A stretch of 64,000 nt of DNA from a bacterium (GTDB lineage: Bacteria > Sysuimicrobiota > Sysuimicrobiia > Sysuimicrobiales > Segetimicrobiaceae). The DNA lies in the NCBI GenBank assembly GCA_035691305.1, contig DASSJF010000038.1:3312-67311 (forward strand), in the 5' to 3' direction. The notes beneath the pieces are model-generated. The model made no database searches and was not told the DNA's origin. It was given only the letters and a program-made list of their open reading frames with translations. The position numbers and the translations under genes were made by a program. Shown piece by piece: positions 28,991-38,695 of the stretch; position 1 is the stretch's first letter; each line of letters starts with the position of its first letter.

Positions 28991-29800
28991 TCACCCCTCG
29001 AGCAGAGAGCGCAGGCGGGGAAGTTCCCGGCGCACCGCGTCGGGGTCGGTCCCGTGATATTCGAAGGTGACGGCCGCCGGCTGGGCCGCGTCGAGCACCG
29101 TTCGCAGCAGCCGGTCGTCCTCGGCGCTCAAGGGCTCGTGTTCATCGAGCAGCACGCCGTCGCGCATCCGCGGCCCGCTGACGTGTACGGCGCGGACCCG
29201 CCCGAGCGGCAGCCGCGCCAGGTACTCATCGATGGGCAATGACAGCCGGGCGGCGGCGACGCGGGCGTGCGCGAGGTCGAGCAGAAACCCCGTGCCGGCC
29301 GCCTCGAGTACGTCCGTGATGAACCCGGGTTCGGATATGTATTCGTAGGCGCCCGAGGGCCAGTAATCCAGGTTCTCGAACAAGAGCGGGACCGGCAGGG
29401 CGGCCGCGAGCGCCCGGGCGTTCCGGGCGATCGCGGCCTGCGCGGCCTCTCGCGGGAGCACAGGGGAGCGCGGCACCATCATCGGCCCGTCCGCGGCGAC
29501 CCGCGTCGACGCGAACCCGAGATGCACGCTGAGCCACGGCGCCGCGGTCCGGTCGAGAATTTCACGGGTCGCGGACAACACGCCCGGCTCGTCAAGCGCG
29601 CGCGGATGCGCGAGCGACCAATTCCATACCGCGTTGTGCACGAACAGCCGCGCCCCCGAACCCGCGGCGGTGGCCGCCCGCGGGCCGCCGGTCTCGAGAA
29701 AGTCCACGCGGACAGCCGCGCCGGCGATCAACCGCCGTGCGAGATCGGTATCGCCGAGACCCAGCAGCGTGGGCACCGTACCTACCGTGTTTGCCGCCAC
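28991..29800 (-). CDS. DUF692/UPF0276 (MbnB/TglH-like TIM-barrel non-heme iron enzyme) family protein
   Basis: About 260 aa; family blocks VDFLETGG, LSVHLGF, LLFENLDYWP, FLLDLAHARV, VRAVHVSGP. GTG start at 29800 (or 29776); overlaps the upstream PduO gene; convergent with icd (stops abut). Confidence 0.65.
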   Translation of the reverse strand: MAANTVGTVPTLLGLGDTDLARRLIAGAAVRVDFLETGGPRAATAAGSGARLFVHNAVWNWSLAHPRALDEPGVLSATREILDRTAAPWLSVHLGFASTRVAADGPMMVPRSPVLPREAAQAAIARNARALAAALPVPLLFENLDYWPSGAYEYISEPGFITDVLEAAGTGFLLDLAHARVAAARLSLPIDEYLARLPLGRVRAVHVSGPRMRDGVLLDEHEPLSAEDDRLLRTVLDAAQPAAVTFEYHGTDPDAVRRELPRLRSLLEG

Positions 29801-30342
29801 TCCACGTCGGGACGTCCGGCGGCCTGGTTCGCCGCGCGCGCAAGGACGAACAGCAGGTCGGACACGCGGTTCACGAACTTGAGGAGCTCGGGGTTCAGCG
29901 GCTCGTGCGCGGCGAGCGTCACAATCGCTCGCTCCGCGCGCCGCGCCACGGTCCGGGCGTGGTGCAGCGCCGCGGCCGTCGGCGTTCCGCCCGGCAGGAT
30001 GAACGCCCGGAGCGGCGGCAGCGCGTCCTCCAGCCGGTCGATCTCGCGCTCCAGCGCGTCGACCCAGGCGCCGGTGACACGGCTCGCGTGCGCGGCCGTT
30101 GCGGTCGCGGCCTCGGACGGGGTCGCCAGCTCCGACCCGACGTCGAACAAGTAGTGCTGCAGCTTCTCGATCACGGGCGCAATGGACGCGGGCGGATCCG
30201 TCGCACGCGCCACCCCGAGCACCGCGTTGAGCTCGTCGATTGCGCCGTACGCGGCCACCCGCGGATGGCTCTTGGGGACGCGCCGGCCGCCGAACAGGGC
30301 GGTGTCGCCCGCGTCGCCGGTCTTCGTGTAGATCCGCGTCAC
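29782..30342 (-). CDS. PduO-type ATP:cob(I)alamin adenosyltransferase
   Basis: C-terminal 186 codons of ORF 29782..31149, GTG 30340-30342 overlapping the S9 peptidase stop (GTGA). (V)TRIYTKTGDAGDTALFGGRRVPKSHPRVAAYGAIDELNAVLG is the canonical PduO/MMAB N-terminus. Confidence 0.85.
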   Translation of the reverse strand: MTRIYTKTGDAGDTALFGGRRVPKSHPRVAAYGAIDELNAVLGVARATDPPASIAPVIEKLQHYLFDVGSELATPSEAATATAAHASRVTGAWVDALEREIDRLEDALPPLRAFILPGGTPTAAALHHARTVARRAERAIVTLAAHEPLNPELLKFVNRVSDLLFVLARAANQAAGRPDVEWRQTR

Positions 30343-32381
30343 TCGTCCGCCCGCGCGGCGGCGCGCCCGGTACCCGCCGCCTGCCCCGCCGCCTCGCCGC
30401 CGCCGGATACGAGGTACTGCCGAAACCACGCGGTGATGTGGCGCAGCCGTTCGAGACGGTGGCGCGGCTGTCCGTTTCTGGAGAGGTCGTGGCTCTCGTT
30501 CGGGAAGCGCACGAACAGAGTCGGTACCCCCTGCTTCTTGAGCGCGACGAAGAGCTGTTCGCCCTGCTCGATCGGACAGCGGTGGTCCTGCTCGCTGTGC
30601 AGGATCAAGAGCGGCGTGCGCATCTCGCGCACGTACGTAATCGGCGAGCGCTCGAGGTAGAATTGCGGCGCCTCCCACGGATCGCCCGGGTACTCCCACA
30701 TGCCTTTCATGTAGGCGAGGTCGGAGGTCCCCCACTGGCTGTAGGCGTTGCTGATGCTGCGCATCGTCGCCCCGGCCCGGAACCGCCGCGTGTGCCCAAC
30801 GATCCAGTTGGTCATGAAGCCGCCGTAGCTGCCGCCGGCGACGCCAAGCCGCTCGCGGTCGATCCACGGATGTTCGGCCAGGGCGCGGTCGAGCCCGCGC
30901 ATCAAATCCTCGTAGTCCTTGCCGCCCCAGTCGTGGCGCGTCGCCGCGGTGAACCGCTCCCCGTACCCTTGGCTGCCGCGGGGGTTGAGGTAGACGACGC
31001 CGTACCCCTCCGCCGCCAGCACTTGGAATTCGTGGAAGAACGCGTTGCCGTAGGCGGCATGCGGCCCGCCGTGAATCTCCAGTACGGCCGGCGCCTTCGC
31101 GCCGTACACCGGGTTGGTCGGGCGCATCACCCACCCTTCCACCGTCCACCCGTCCAGGCTCTCGAATTCGAAGCGTTCGGGCCGCGCGAGCGCGATCGGA
31201 CCCAGCGCCGGGCCGGTGAGGTCGGTCAGGCGGCGCAGCGGACTCCCGAGGTCGAATACGGCGATCTCACCCGGCGTGGCCGGGTCGCTCTCGATACAGA
31301 CCGCGCGCCGCGCCGCGGCATCGAGCGAGCAGCCGATCAGCTCGTGGTCGCCGCGCGTCTCGAGCCGGATCGCCCGTCGGGGCGCCGCGCCGGCACCCTC
31401 GCCGGGCGTGGGCGGCGACGCGGCCATCGACGCGATTTGTGTATTGCCGCCGTCGGAGACCATGAAGATGAGACGCGTACCGTCGCGGCTCCACGTCAGA
31501 CCGCCCGTCGGCGGGTGGACCCGCGAGTCGGTCGCGATGTGGTGACCGACGTTCCGGTCTTCGTGCGCGGTGAGGCAGACCGGCTCACCGCCGCCCGCGG
31601 GCACCGTCCACACCCCCCAGTTCGTGGCGGCCCAGCAGGCATTGTCGTGCCCGACGTAGGCGATGGTCCGCCCGTCCGGCGACCACGCGGGCACGGACGC
31701 CGGACCGCGGCTGTTGGTAAGGCACCGCGGCGATCCCCCGTCGATCGAGAGCACCCAAATATCCGACGTGTTGCTAAGATCGGCGTCGGGCGAGGCGTTG
31801 CCGGCGTACGCGAGCATCGTGCCCTCGGGCGACCACGCGGGCGTCAGGTGATCGTAGTCCCCCGTCGTGATCTGCCGCGCGCGTCCCCCCGCGGCGGCCA
31901 CGACGAAAATCTGTTTCCAGCGGCCGTCCCAGAAGCCTTCACCGTCCTGCTTGTAGCGCAGGCGCGAGATGACTTTGACGTCGCTCTCTTCGCGCGGGCG
32001 GGCGGCCTCCGGCTTCCCGACGAAGGCGATCCAGCGGCCGTCCGGCGACCAGACGGGATCCGCCGGCGACACCTTGCCGGAGGTGATCGCGCGGGCTTCG
32101 CCCCCGCCGACCGAGATGACCCAGAGCTGCTTGTCGCCGTTCCGGTCGGAGACGAAGACGAGGCGCGTTCCATCCGGCGACCATCGCGGAGAGGTTTCCT
32201 TGGCGGCCGCCGTCGTGAGCTGGCGCGGGTCTCCTCCCGCGGCCGGCACGAGCCACAGATTGATGCGGTAGGTGTTGGCGGCGCGGTCCGCCCGCGTCAC
32301 GGTGAAGGCGACCTGCTCGCCGCCGGGCGACAACTGCGGGTCGTTGAGCACCGGGATGGCGACGAGGTGGTCGATCGTCAT
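30339..32381 (-). CDS. S9 family peptidase (prolyl oligopeptidase/acylaminoacyl-peptidase type) with N-terminal beta-propeller
   Basis: C-terminal 680 codons of ORF 30339..32753, ATG 32379-32381 (MTIDHLVAIPVLNDPQLSPGG...). Repeated WSPDG propeller blades; catalytic GGSYGG nucleophile elbow and C-terminal Asp/His region. The upstream 124 codons are a Pro/Ser/Arg-rich artefact. Confidence 0.85.
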   Translation of the reverse strand: MTIDHLVAIPVLNDPQLSPGGEQVAFTVTRADRAANTYRINLWLVPAAGGDPRQLTTAAAKETSPRWSPDGTRLVFVSDRNGDKQLWVISVGGGEARAITSGKVSPADPVWSPDGRWIAFVGKPEAARPREESDVKVISRLRYKQDGEGFWDGRWKQIFVVAAAGGRARQITTGDYDHLTPAWSPEGTMLAYAGNASPDADLSNTSDIWVLSIDGGSPRCLTNSRGPASVPAWSPDGRTIAYVGHDNACWAATNWGVWTVPAGGGEPVCLTAHEDRNVGHHIATDSRVHPPTGGLTWSRDGTRLIFMVSDGGNTQIASMAASPPTPGEGAGAAPRRAIRLETRGDHELIGCSLDAAARRAVCIESDPATPGEIAVFDLGSPLRRLTDLTGPALGPIALARPERFEFESLDGWTVEGWVMRPTNPVYGAKAPAVLEIHGGPHAAYGNAFFHEFQVLAAEGYGVVYLNPRGSQGYGERFTAATRHDWGGKDYEDLMRGLDRALAEHPWIDRERLGVAGGSYGGFMTNWIVGHTRRFRAGATMRSISNAYSQWGTSDLAYMKGMWEYPGDPWEAPQFYLERSPITYVREMRTPLLILHSEQDHRCPIEQGEQLFVALKKQGVPTLFVRFPNESHDLSRNGQPRHRLERLRHITAWFRQYLVSGGGEAAGQAAGTGRAAARADE

Positions 32382-32448
32382 GCGGTGTGGAGCCCGGATC
32401 ACGCGTGTCCCTCCGGCGCGAAGTGCGTTCGGCGCGTTTCGCTTCGGC

Positions 32449-32473
32449 GGTGCGGAAAGCGCTCCCTCCGCAC
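32449..32473 (-). terminator. Hairpin (GGTGCGGA-9 nt-TCCGCACC) just downstream of the last his-operon gene
   Basis: 8-bp inverted repeat 9 nt past the metallophosphoesterase stop. No U-tract, so the call is weak. Confidence 0.3.
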
Positions 32474-32481
32474 CGCCATCC

Positions 32482-33216
32482 CTAGACACCCGCCGCGAGG
32501 CGGCGCGACAAGAGCGTCGGCAGGCCGCGCCGTGCCATCTTCGCCTGCGTCGCGGCGATCGGATAGGCGACGCGGTGGAGCACGGCCTGAAGCCTCGCAT
32601 CGTCGAACACGAGATAGGCGGCGCGGGGATCGCCGTCACGCGGCTGGCCGACGCTGCCGGGATTGATGATGTAGCGGGAGGCGGCGGCGAGATCGAAGGG
32701 CGCCTCGGGAGGCAGCGCCTCGGTCCTGAGGTGCCCGTTCGGATGCCGGGCAAAGACCCCCGCGACGTGCGTGTGCCCGGCGAGACACACGCGGAAGTCG
32801 GCCTCGGCGAATACCGCGAGGGCGGTGGGCAGGTCCAGAATGTACTCCTCGACAGGACGCCGCGGACTGCCGTGCACCGCGACGAATGCCGGGGTGTCGC
32901 AACGCTCGGGCAGCGCCGCGAGGTAGGCGCGGTTGTCCTCGGTCAGCTCCTGCGCGGTCCATTCAATCGCCGCCCGTGCGAGCGGTGAGAACGCCGCGGC
33001 CGCGAGCTGGCCGACCGCGCCGCGATCGTGGTTGCCCGCGATCACCGCTCCCCCGAGGCGGCGCACCCGCTCGACGCAGGCGTTGGGGTCCGGGCCGTAG
33101 CCCACGACGTCGCCGAGGCACAGATATCCGTCCGGCGAACGCGGCGCCGCGTCGGCGAGCACGGCCTGCAGGGCCTCCATGTTCGCGTGGATATCCGAAA
33201 TGACCGCGTAGCGCAC
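32482..33216 (-). CDS. Metallophosphoesterase (calcineurin-like, YfcE/MPP family), terminal gene of the his operon
   Basis: 244 aa; metal-binding motifs DIHAN, GDVVGYGPDP, GNHD, GHTH present; 12 nt downstream of hisIE. Confidence 0.8.
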   Translation of the reverse strand: MRYAVISDIHANMEALQAVLADAAPRSPDGYLCLGDVVGYGPDPNACVERVRRLGGAVIAGNHDRGAVGQLAAAAFSPLARAAIEWTAQELTEDNRAYLAALPERCDTPAFVAVHGSPRRPVEEYILDLPTALAVFAEADFRVCLAGHTHVAGVFARHPNGHLRTEALPPEAPFDLAAASRYIINPGSVGQPRDGDPRAAYLVFDDARLQAVLHRVAYPIAATQAKMARRGLPTLLSRRLAAGV

Positions 33217-33228
33217 CGCGCTCGGTTC

Positions 33229-33888
33229 TCAGCGCCTCCGCCGGGCCAGCTCTGTGAAGATTTCGGTCGGGCTGATGCCTTGGTGCACGAGCAGGACGAG
33301 CGAGTGGAACCAGAGGTCGGCGGTCTCTTCCACAAGACGGCGGGAAGTCTCCTTGCGCGCCGCCCGCGCGACTTCCGCGGCTTCTTCCATCACCTTCTCG
33401 TTGAGCCGTGCCACGCCTGCGGTGAACAATCCGGCGGTGTATGAGCCCGCGGCGGGCGCTCGCCGGCGCTCGGCGAGCACGGCGGCCAACTCTGTGAGGA
33501 TCTCGGGCCCGGCCGTCCGCGGGGTCTCCGCGACCGCCCCCGCCGGACCGCCGGCCAGACGGCCGTCGGGCGCGACCGAGCGGAAGAAGCACGAGCGGTG
33601 TCCCGTATGGCAGGCCGGCCCCGTTTGCTCCACCTTCAATAAAATCGCGTCGCCGTCGCAGTCGCCCCGTACTTCCACGACGCGCTGGGTGTGGCCGGAG
33701 GTCTCGCCCTTCCGCCACAACTGCCGCCGGCTGCGGCTCCAGTACCATGCCTGACCGGTGGCGAGAGTGCGCTCGAGGGCCTCTCGCGTCATGTGCGCGA
33801 CCATCAGCACCTCTCCGGTCGCGGCATCCTGCGCCACCACCGTCACCAGTCCGGAAGCGTCGTAGATCACCCGATCGGCGTCGTTCAT
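33229..33888 (-). CDS. hisIE: Bifunctional phosphoribosyl-AMP cyclohydrolase / phosphoribosyl-ATP pyrophosphatase
   Basis: C-terminal 219 codons of ORF 33229..34332, ATG 33886-33888 overlapping the hisF stop. HisI block ([17 protein letters not shown]) followed by a HisE MazG-like C-terminus. Confidence 0.9.
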   Translation of the reverse strand: MNDADRVIYDASGLVTVVAQDAATGEVLMVAHMTREALERTLATGQAWYWSRSRRQLWRKGETSGHTQRVVEVRGDCDGDAILLKVEQTGPACHTGHRSCFFRSVAPDGRLAGGPAGAVAETPRTAGPEILTELAAVLAERRRAPAAGSYTAGLFTAGVARLNEKVMEEAAEVARAARKETSRRLVEETADLWFHSLVLLVHQGISPTEIFTELARRRR

Positions 33889-34700
33889 ACGTGCCCACCT
33901 CCGGCCGCGGGGCGTCCTGCCGGCCGGACGAGGATCCCCGCGGCCGCCATCGCGGCTTTCACCGCCGCGATGCTGTGCGTCCGGTAATGAAACACAGACG
34001 CGGCCAGGACCGCGTCGGCGTCGGCGGCCGTGACCGCCTCTACGAAGTGCCGGGGCGCGCCAGCCCCGCCCGACGCGATCACCGGGATCCGGACGGCCCT
34101 CGTCACGGCCCGCACCAGGTCGAGATCGAACCCGTCCTCGCGACCGTCCTGGTCCATGCTGGTCAGGAGGATCTCCCCGGCCCCCAGCGCCGCGGCGCGC
34201 GCCGCCCACTCGACCGCATCCAATCCGGTCGCGCGGCGGCCCCCGTGCGTGAAGACGTCCCATCGCGGCGACGCGGTGCGGGCGCCGGGTCCGGGGCCGG
34301 CGCGCTGCGCATCGATCGCCACCACGATACACTGGCTGCCGAACTGCTCGGCGCCCTCGCGGATCAACTCGGGGCGCCGGACCGCCGCGGTATTGATGCC
34401 GACTTTGTCCGCGCCGGCGCGCAGCATGCGGCGGAGGTCCTCGACGGCCGCCAGCCCGCCGCCCACGGTGAAGGGAATCGTCAGCACCTCCGCGGTCCGC
34501 CGGACGATCGTTTCCATGATCCCGCGGCCCTCATGGCTCGCGGTAATGTCGAGCAAGACCACCTCATCGGCCCCCTCGCGATCATAGACCGTAGCGAGTT
34601 CCACCGGGTCGCCGGCGTCGCGCAGATCGACGAAGCGCGTCCCTTTGACGACGCGGCCGTCCTTCACGTCGAGGCACGCGACGACGCGGCGCGCGAGCAT
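33885..34700 (-). CDS. hisF: Imidazole glycerol phosphate synthase cyclase subunit
   Basis: 271 aa, [36 protein letters not shown]... canonical HisF. Confidence 0.95.
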   Translation of the reverse strand: MLARRVVACLDVKDGRVVKGTRFVDLRDAGDPVELATVYDREGADEVVLLDITASHEGRGIMETIVRRTAEVLTIPFTVGGGLAAVEDLRRMLRAGADKVGINTAAVRRPELIREGAEQFGSQCIVVAIDAQRAGPGPGARTASPRWDVFTHGGRRATGLDAVEWAARAAALGAGEILLTSMDQDGREDGFDLDLVRAVTRAVRIPVIASGGAGAPRHFVEAVTAADADAVLAASVFHYRTHSIAAVKAAMAAAGILVRPAGRPAAGGGHV

Positions 34701-34728
34701 CAGCGCCCCGCCGCGGGCATTCGCGCGA

Positions 34729-35469
34729 TCATGCCGGCCCCCGATCGCCGGCCGCCGCGGCGAGAAGGTCCTGCAGCCGCACGCTGCCTTCGTACAGCGC
34801 GCGCCCCACGACCGCCCCTTCCAGCCCCGCGGGCTCGAGCCGGCGGAGGCGTCGCAGATCGCCGGCGGACGTCACGCCGCCTGCGACGATCACGGGGACC
34901 GCGGCCGCCGCCAGGAAGGGCTCGAGCGACGCCACGTCGGGGCCGCCGAGCATGCCGTCGCGGCGCGTGTCCGTGTAGACGATGCGCCGCGCGCCGGCCC
35001 CGACGACCCGGGCCGCGGCCTCCGCCACCGTGAGCGGTGTCGCGGCCGTCCACCCTTCGGTGACAACGCGGCCGTCGCGCGCGTCGATCGCCGCCGCGAT
35101 CCGCCCGCCGAAACGCGCGCAGGCCGCGCGGAGCAGCTCGGGCGCGCTCACCGCGGCCGTCCCGAGGATCACGCGGGCCGCGCCGGCGTCGAGCAGCCGC
35201 TCGATCGTCGCGAGGTCGCGCACACCTCCGCCGACCTCGACCGGGACGCCGGCCTCGGCCAGAATGCGGCCGACGGCGTCGGGGTTGCCGGGGCTCCCGG
35301 CGAACGCGCCGTCGAGGTCCACCACGTGCAGCCAGCGCGCGCCGGCCGACGTCCAGCGGCGGGCGGCCGCCACCGGATCATCGTCGTACACGCGCTCGCG
35401 GCGCCGCTCGCCCTGAATCAGCCGCACGGCCTTGCCGCCGCGGATGTCAACCGCCGGCAGCACCAACAC
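34729..35469 (-). CDS. hisA: 1-(5-phosphoribosyl)-5-[(5-phosphoribosylamino)methylideneamino]imidazole-4-carboxamide isomerase
   Basis: 246 aa, [20 protein letters not shown]... canonical HisA; overlaps the hisH end by 23 nt. Confidence 0.9.
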   Translation of the reverse strand: MLVLPAVDIRGGKAVRLIQGERRRERVYDDDPVAAARRWTSAGARWLHVVDLDGAFAGSPGNPDAVGRILAEAGVPVEVGGGVRDLATIERLLDAGAARVILGTAAVSAPELLRAACARFGGRIAAAIDARDGRVVTEGWTAATPLTVAEAAARVVGAGARRIVYTDTRRDGMLGGPDVASLEPFLAAAAVPVIVAGGVTSAGDLRRLRRLEPAGLEGAVVGRALYEGSVRLQDLLAAAAGDRGPA

Positions 35470-36073
35470 CGGCGGCCCACCGCGCGAAGTTGTTCAGGAT
35501 CCGTTCGCCGACCTCGCCCGACTTCTCCGGGTGGAACTGCGTCGCCCAGAGATTGCCGCGGCCGGCCACCGCGGCGATGTCGGCCCCGTACGAGCAGGTC
35601 GCAGCCACGAGCGTGGGATCCGAGGGCGCGCAGTAGTACGAGTGCACGAAATAGACGTAGTCCCCCGAAGCAACACCGTCGAGCAGCGGGCACGTCCGCT
35701 CCACCCGCAGCTGATTCCAACCCATGTGCGGCACCTTCACGGAATCCGGCAGCCGGACGACCCGGCCCGGCAGGACGCCGAGCCCCCGGGTCACGCCGGC
35801 TTCGACGCTCTCATCGAAGAGGAGCTGCATCCCGAGGCAGATGCCGAGGAAGGGCCGCCCGGACCGGACGTACGCGCGAATCCGCTCCGCGAACCCCGCG
35901 TCGGTCAGCCGGGCCATCGCCGGCCCGAACGCGCCGTCGCCGGGCACGACGAGCGCCGCGGCCGCATCCAGATCCCCAGGATCGTCGGTCACCCGGACGT
36001 CCAGGCCGCGCCGGCGCAGCCCCATCCCGATGCTGTGGAGGTTGCCGGCGCCGTAGTCGGCGACCACGATCAC
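35447..36073 (-). CDS. hisH: Imidazole glycerol phosphate synthase glutaminase subunit
   Basis: 208 aa class-I glutamine amidotransferase; catalytic GICLGMQ and His/Glu residues. Confidence 0.9.
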   Translation of the reverse strand: MIVVADYGAGNLHSIGMGLRRRGLDVRVTDDPGDLDAAAALVVPGDGAFGPAMARLTDAGFAERIRAYVRSGRPFLGICLGMQLLFDESVEAGVTRGLGVLPGRVVRLPDSVKVPHMGWNQLRVERTCPLLDGVASGDYVYFVHSYYCAPSDPTLVAATCSYGADIAAVAGRGNLWATQFHPEKSGEVGERILNNFARWAAGVGAAGG

Positions 36074-36699
36074 TCGAGCGTTCCCTTCGTCGACGGCACG
36101 CCGGCGACGCGCGGATCGCGTCCCGTCGCGCGGTCCAGTGCGAGCGCGACGGCCTTGAACGCCGCTTCGATGATGTGATGGGCGTTCCGGCCGTGGAGGA
36201 GCATGAGGTGCAGCGTGATCCCCGCGTTCACGGCGAAAGCGCGGAAGAACTCTTCCGTGAGATCCGTGTCGTAGGCGCCGAGGCGCTGGCGCGCGAGAGG
36301 CACCGCGTAACGGAGGAACGGCCGGCCGCTCACGTCCACCACCGCGAGGACCAGCGCCTCGTCGAGCGGCGCGTGCGCGTCCGCGTACCGGAAGATGCCG
36401 GCGCCGCCGCTGATCGCGTCCTTGAACGCCCGGCCCAGCGCGATCCCGACGTCCTCGACCGTGTGGTGCGCGTCGACCTCGAGGTCGCCGGACGCCGCGA
36501 CGACCAGATCAAACCGCCCGTGGCGCGCGATCTGCTCCAGCATGTGATCGAGAAAGGGCACGCCCGTCGCGATCTCCGCATCGCCCGTCCCGTCGAGGTT
36601 CCAGCGGACGTCCACCTTGGTCTCGCCGGTCGCGCGCGACGCGCGGCCGACACGCGCCGCGGCCTCCTCGGCCGCGCCGTCCCGCTGGACGGGGCTCAC
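36070..36699 (-). CDS. hisB: Imidazoleglycerol-phosphate dehydratase
   Basis: 209 aa, conserved IGPD motifs (DAHHTVEDVGIALG, HHIIEA). Confidence 0.9.
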   Translation of the reverse strand: MSPVQRDGAAEEAAARVGRASRATGETKVDVRWNLDGTGDAEIATGVPFLDHMLEQIARHGRFDLVVAASGDLEVDAHHTVEDVGIALGRAFKDAISGGAGIFRYADAHAPLDEALVLAVVDVSGRPFLRYAVPLARQRLGAYDTDLTEEFFRAFAVNAGITLHLMLLHGRNAHHIIEAAFKAVALALDRATGRDPRVAGVPSTKGTLE

Positions 36700-38024
36700 T
36701 CGTCCACCCCGCGGGCGGTCACCGCGAGGACGTGCGCCGGAAAGTCCTCATACCGCCCGAGCCGCTCGACGACCGGACGGACCGCGGCCAGCCCGCGCGC
36801 GTCCAGGGCGGCCACCGAAGTCGCCTTGAGGTAGCTCATCACGGTCACCCCCGAAGCGACCCGGGCGAACCCGGACGTGGGCAGCGCGGCGGGGACGCCG
36901 ATGGCGTAGTTGCCGGCCGAGAACGGCGTGTCTTGTCCGAGCAGCACTTCGCCGGCGTGCCGGATGGTGCCCAGGGTCCCGAGCGGATCGCGCGTCGCGA
37001 TCTGCAGATGCTCGGGCGCGTACAGATTGACGAACGCGATCGCTTCTTCCATCGACCGGGCCAGAATCGCGCCGCCGTAGCCGCGCAGCGCCGCCTCCGC
37101 GAAGGCGCGGCGGCGCGCCGGAATCCGCGCGAGATACCGCGGCAGACGCTCCTGGACATCGTCGATCAGCGCTTCGGAGACCGTCACGAGAACGGCCGCG
37201 GAGTCCGTGCCGTGTTCCGCTTCGTTCAAGAGGTCGAGCGCGAGCCGGTCCGCGTCCGCCGTCTCGTCGGCGAGGATCATCGACTCGGTCGGCCCGAGCA
37301 CCGACAGGAGGCGGACGCCTCGGGACTGCACGGCGATCTGCGCGGCGGTCACGTAGGGGTTGCCGGGACCGCCGAGGACCCGGACGCGCGGCAGGGTGGC
37401 GGTGCCCGACGCCAGCCCCGCGATGCCGGCCACGCCGTTGCACCGGTAGACCCGCGGAACGCCGAGCATGTCCGCGGCGACCAAGATCGCCGGGTCGACG
37501 CTGCCGTCGGGCCGCGGCGGGACGACGACGGCGATCTCCTCCACCCCGGCGACGACCGCCGGCGTGACGAGGGTCACGAGCGTCGAGGGAAACGTGCCCT
37601 TCCCGCTCGGAACGTACACGCCCGCGGCGTCGATCGGCGTCCACTTCACGCCGGCCGTGATGCCCGGCTCCAACTCGTCGAGCGTGAGACCGGCGGGACG
37701 CAGGCGTTCGTTGTAGCGCCGCGCGCGCGCGATCGACGCGGCGAGCGCGGTGCGCAGCCCGTCGTCGATCTCATCGTACGCCTTCCGCACCTCCGTCCGC
37801 GCCACGGCGAGGCGCTCCGGCGTGAGGGTGACCTTGTCGTACTGCGCGGTGTAGTCCACGATCGCCGCGTCCCCGCGCCGCTCGACGTCGGCGATGATGC
37901 CGGCGACGTGCGCGACGCGCGCCGGGTCGAAGATCTCGGCGCTCGACCGCCGCAAAATTTGCTGCAGGCGGTCGGGCGGCGCATCGGCGAGACGGACGAC
38001 GTCCACGGCGCTCCCTCCGTTCAC
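36696..38024 (-). CDS. hisD: Histidinol dehydrogenase
   Basis: C-terminal about 442 codons of ORF 36696..39188; GTG 38022-38024 overlaps the hisG TGA (a start 6 codons later is possible). Conserved HisD blocks (GPGNPYVTAAQ, NEAEHGTDS). Confidence 0.9.
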   Translation of the reverse strand: MNGGSAVDVVRLADAPPDRLQQILRRSSAEIFDPARVAHVAGIIADVERRGDAAIVDYTAQYDKVTLTPERLAVARTEVRKAYDEIDDGLRTALAASIARARRYNERLRPAGLTLDELEPGITAGVKWTPIDAAGVYVPSGKGTFPSTLVTLVTPAVVAGVEEIAVVVPPRPDGSVDPAILVAADMLGVPRVYRCNGVAGIAGLASGTATLPRVRVLGGPGNPYVTAAQIAVQSRGVRLLSVLGPTESMILADETADADRLALDLLNEAEHGTDSAAVLVTVSEALIDDVQERLPRYLARIPARRRAFAEAALRGYGGAILARSMEEAIAFVNLYAPEHLQIATRDPLGTLGTIRHAGEVLLGQDTPFSAGNYAIGVPAALPTSGFARVASGVTVMSYLKATSVAALDARGLAAVRPVVERLGRYEDFPAHVLAVTARGVDE

Positions 38025-38695
38025 ACGATCGGCGGCGCGGCCACGGCCGACCGCACCCGCTCGATCACCGCGGCCACGGCCTCGGCGCGGCTGCGCAGGC
38101 TGATGCGGTTCACGACGAGCCGCGCGGTCGACTGAAACAGCTCCTCGACCTCGACGAGACCGTTCTCGCGCAGCGTCCGCCCGCTCATCACGAGATCCAT
38201 GATCCCGTCGGCCAGCCCGACGAGCGGTGCCAGCTCCACGGTGCCGTTCATCGGAATGATCTCCACCGGACGGCCCTGCGTCCAGAAGCGGCGCTCCGTC
38301 ACGCGCGGATACTTCGTCGCGATGCGCAGCGGCGACAGCCGCTCCCAGGTCGCGGCGAGCCGCCGCGGAAACGCCAGCACGCCGCGGCAGGTTCCGAACC
38401 CGAGGTCGACGAGCTCGTAGACGTCCCGGCCCTGCTCGAGCAGCACGTCCTTGCCGGCAATGCCGAGGTCGGCGGCGCCGTGCTCGACGTACGTCAGCAG
38501 GTCGACGGGCTTGGCGATCAGGCAGCGCAGGCCGGCCTCCGCCCCCTCCACGATCAGCCGCCGGCTGTCCCGCCAGGCCGCGCCGTCGAGGTAGCCCGCG
38601 GCGTCGAGGATGCGCATCGCCCCGTCCAACAGCCGGCCCGACGGCACGGCGACCGTCACGAGCGGCGCGTCGCCCGGCGTACGCCCGCGCGTCAC
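38021..38695 (-). CDS. hisG: ATP phosphoribosyltransferase, short (HisZ-dependent) form
   Basis: In-frame C-terminal part of ORF 38021..38974. Start is either GTG 38693-38695 (GTGA overlap with the hisZ stop) or GTG 38657-38659. Conserved ...AVPSGRLL..., ...LLTYVEHGAADLGIAG..., ...DLVMSGRTL... blocks; about 212-224 aa as in short-form HisG. Confidence 0.85.
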   Translation of the reverse strand: MTRGRTPGDAPLVTVAVPSGRLLDGAMRILDAAGYLDGAAWRDSRRLIVEGAEAGLRCLIAKPVDLLTYVEHGAADLGIAGKDVLLEQGRDVYELVDLGFGTCRGVLAFPRRLAATWERLSPLRIATKYPRVTERRFWTQGRPVEIIPMNGTVELAPLVGLADGIMDLVMSGRTLRENGLVEVEELFQSTARLVVNRISLRSRAEAVAAVIERVRSAVAAPPIV

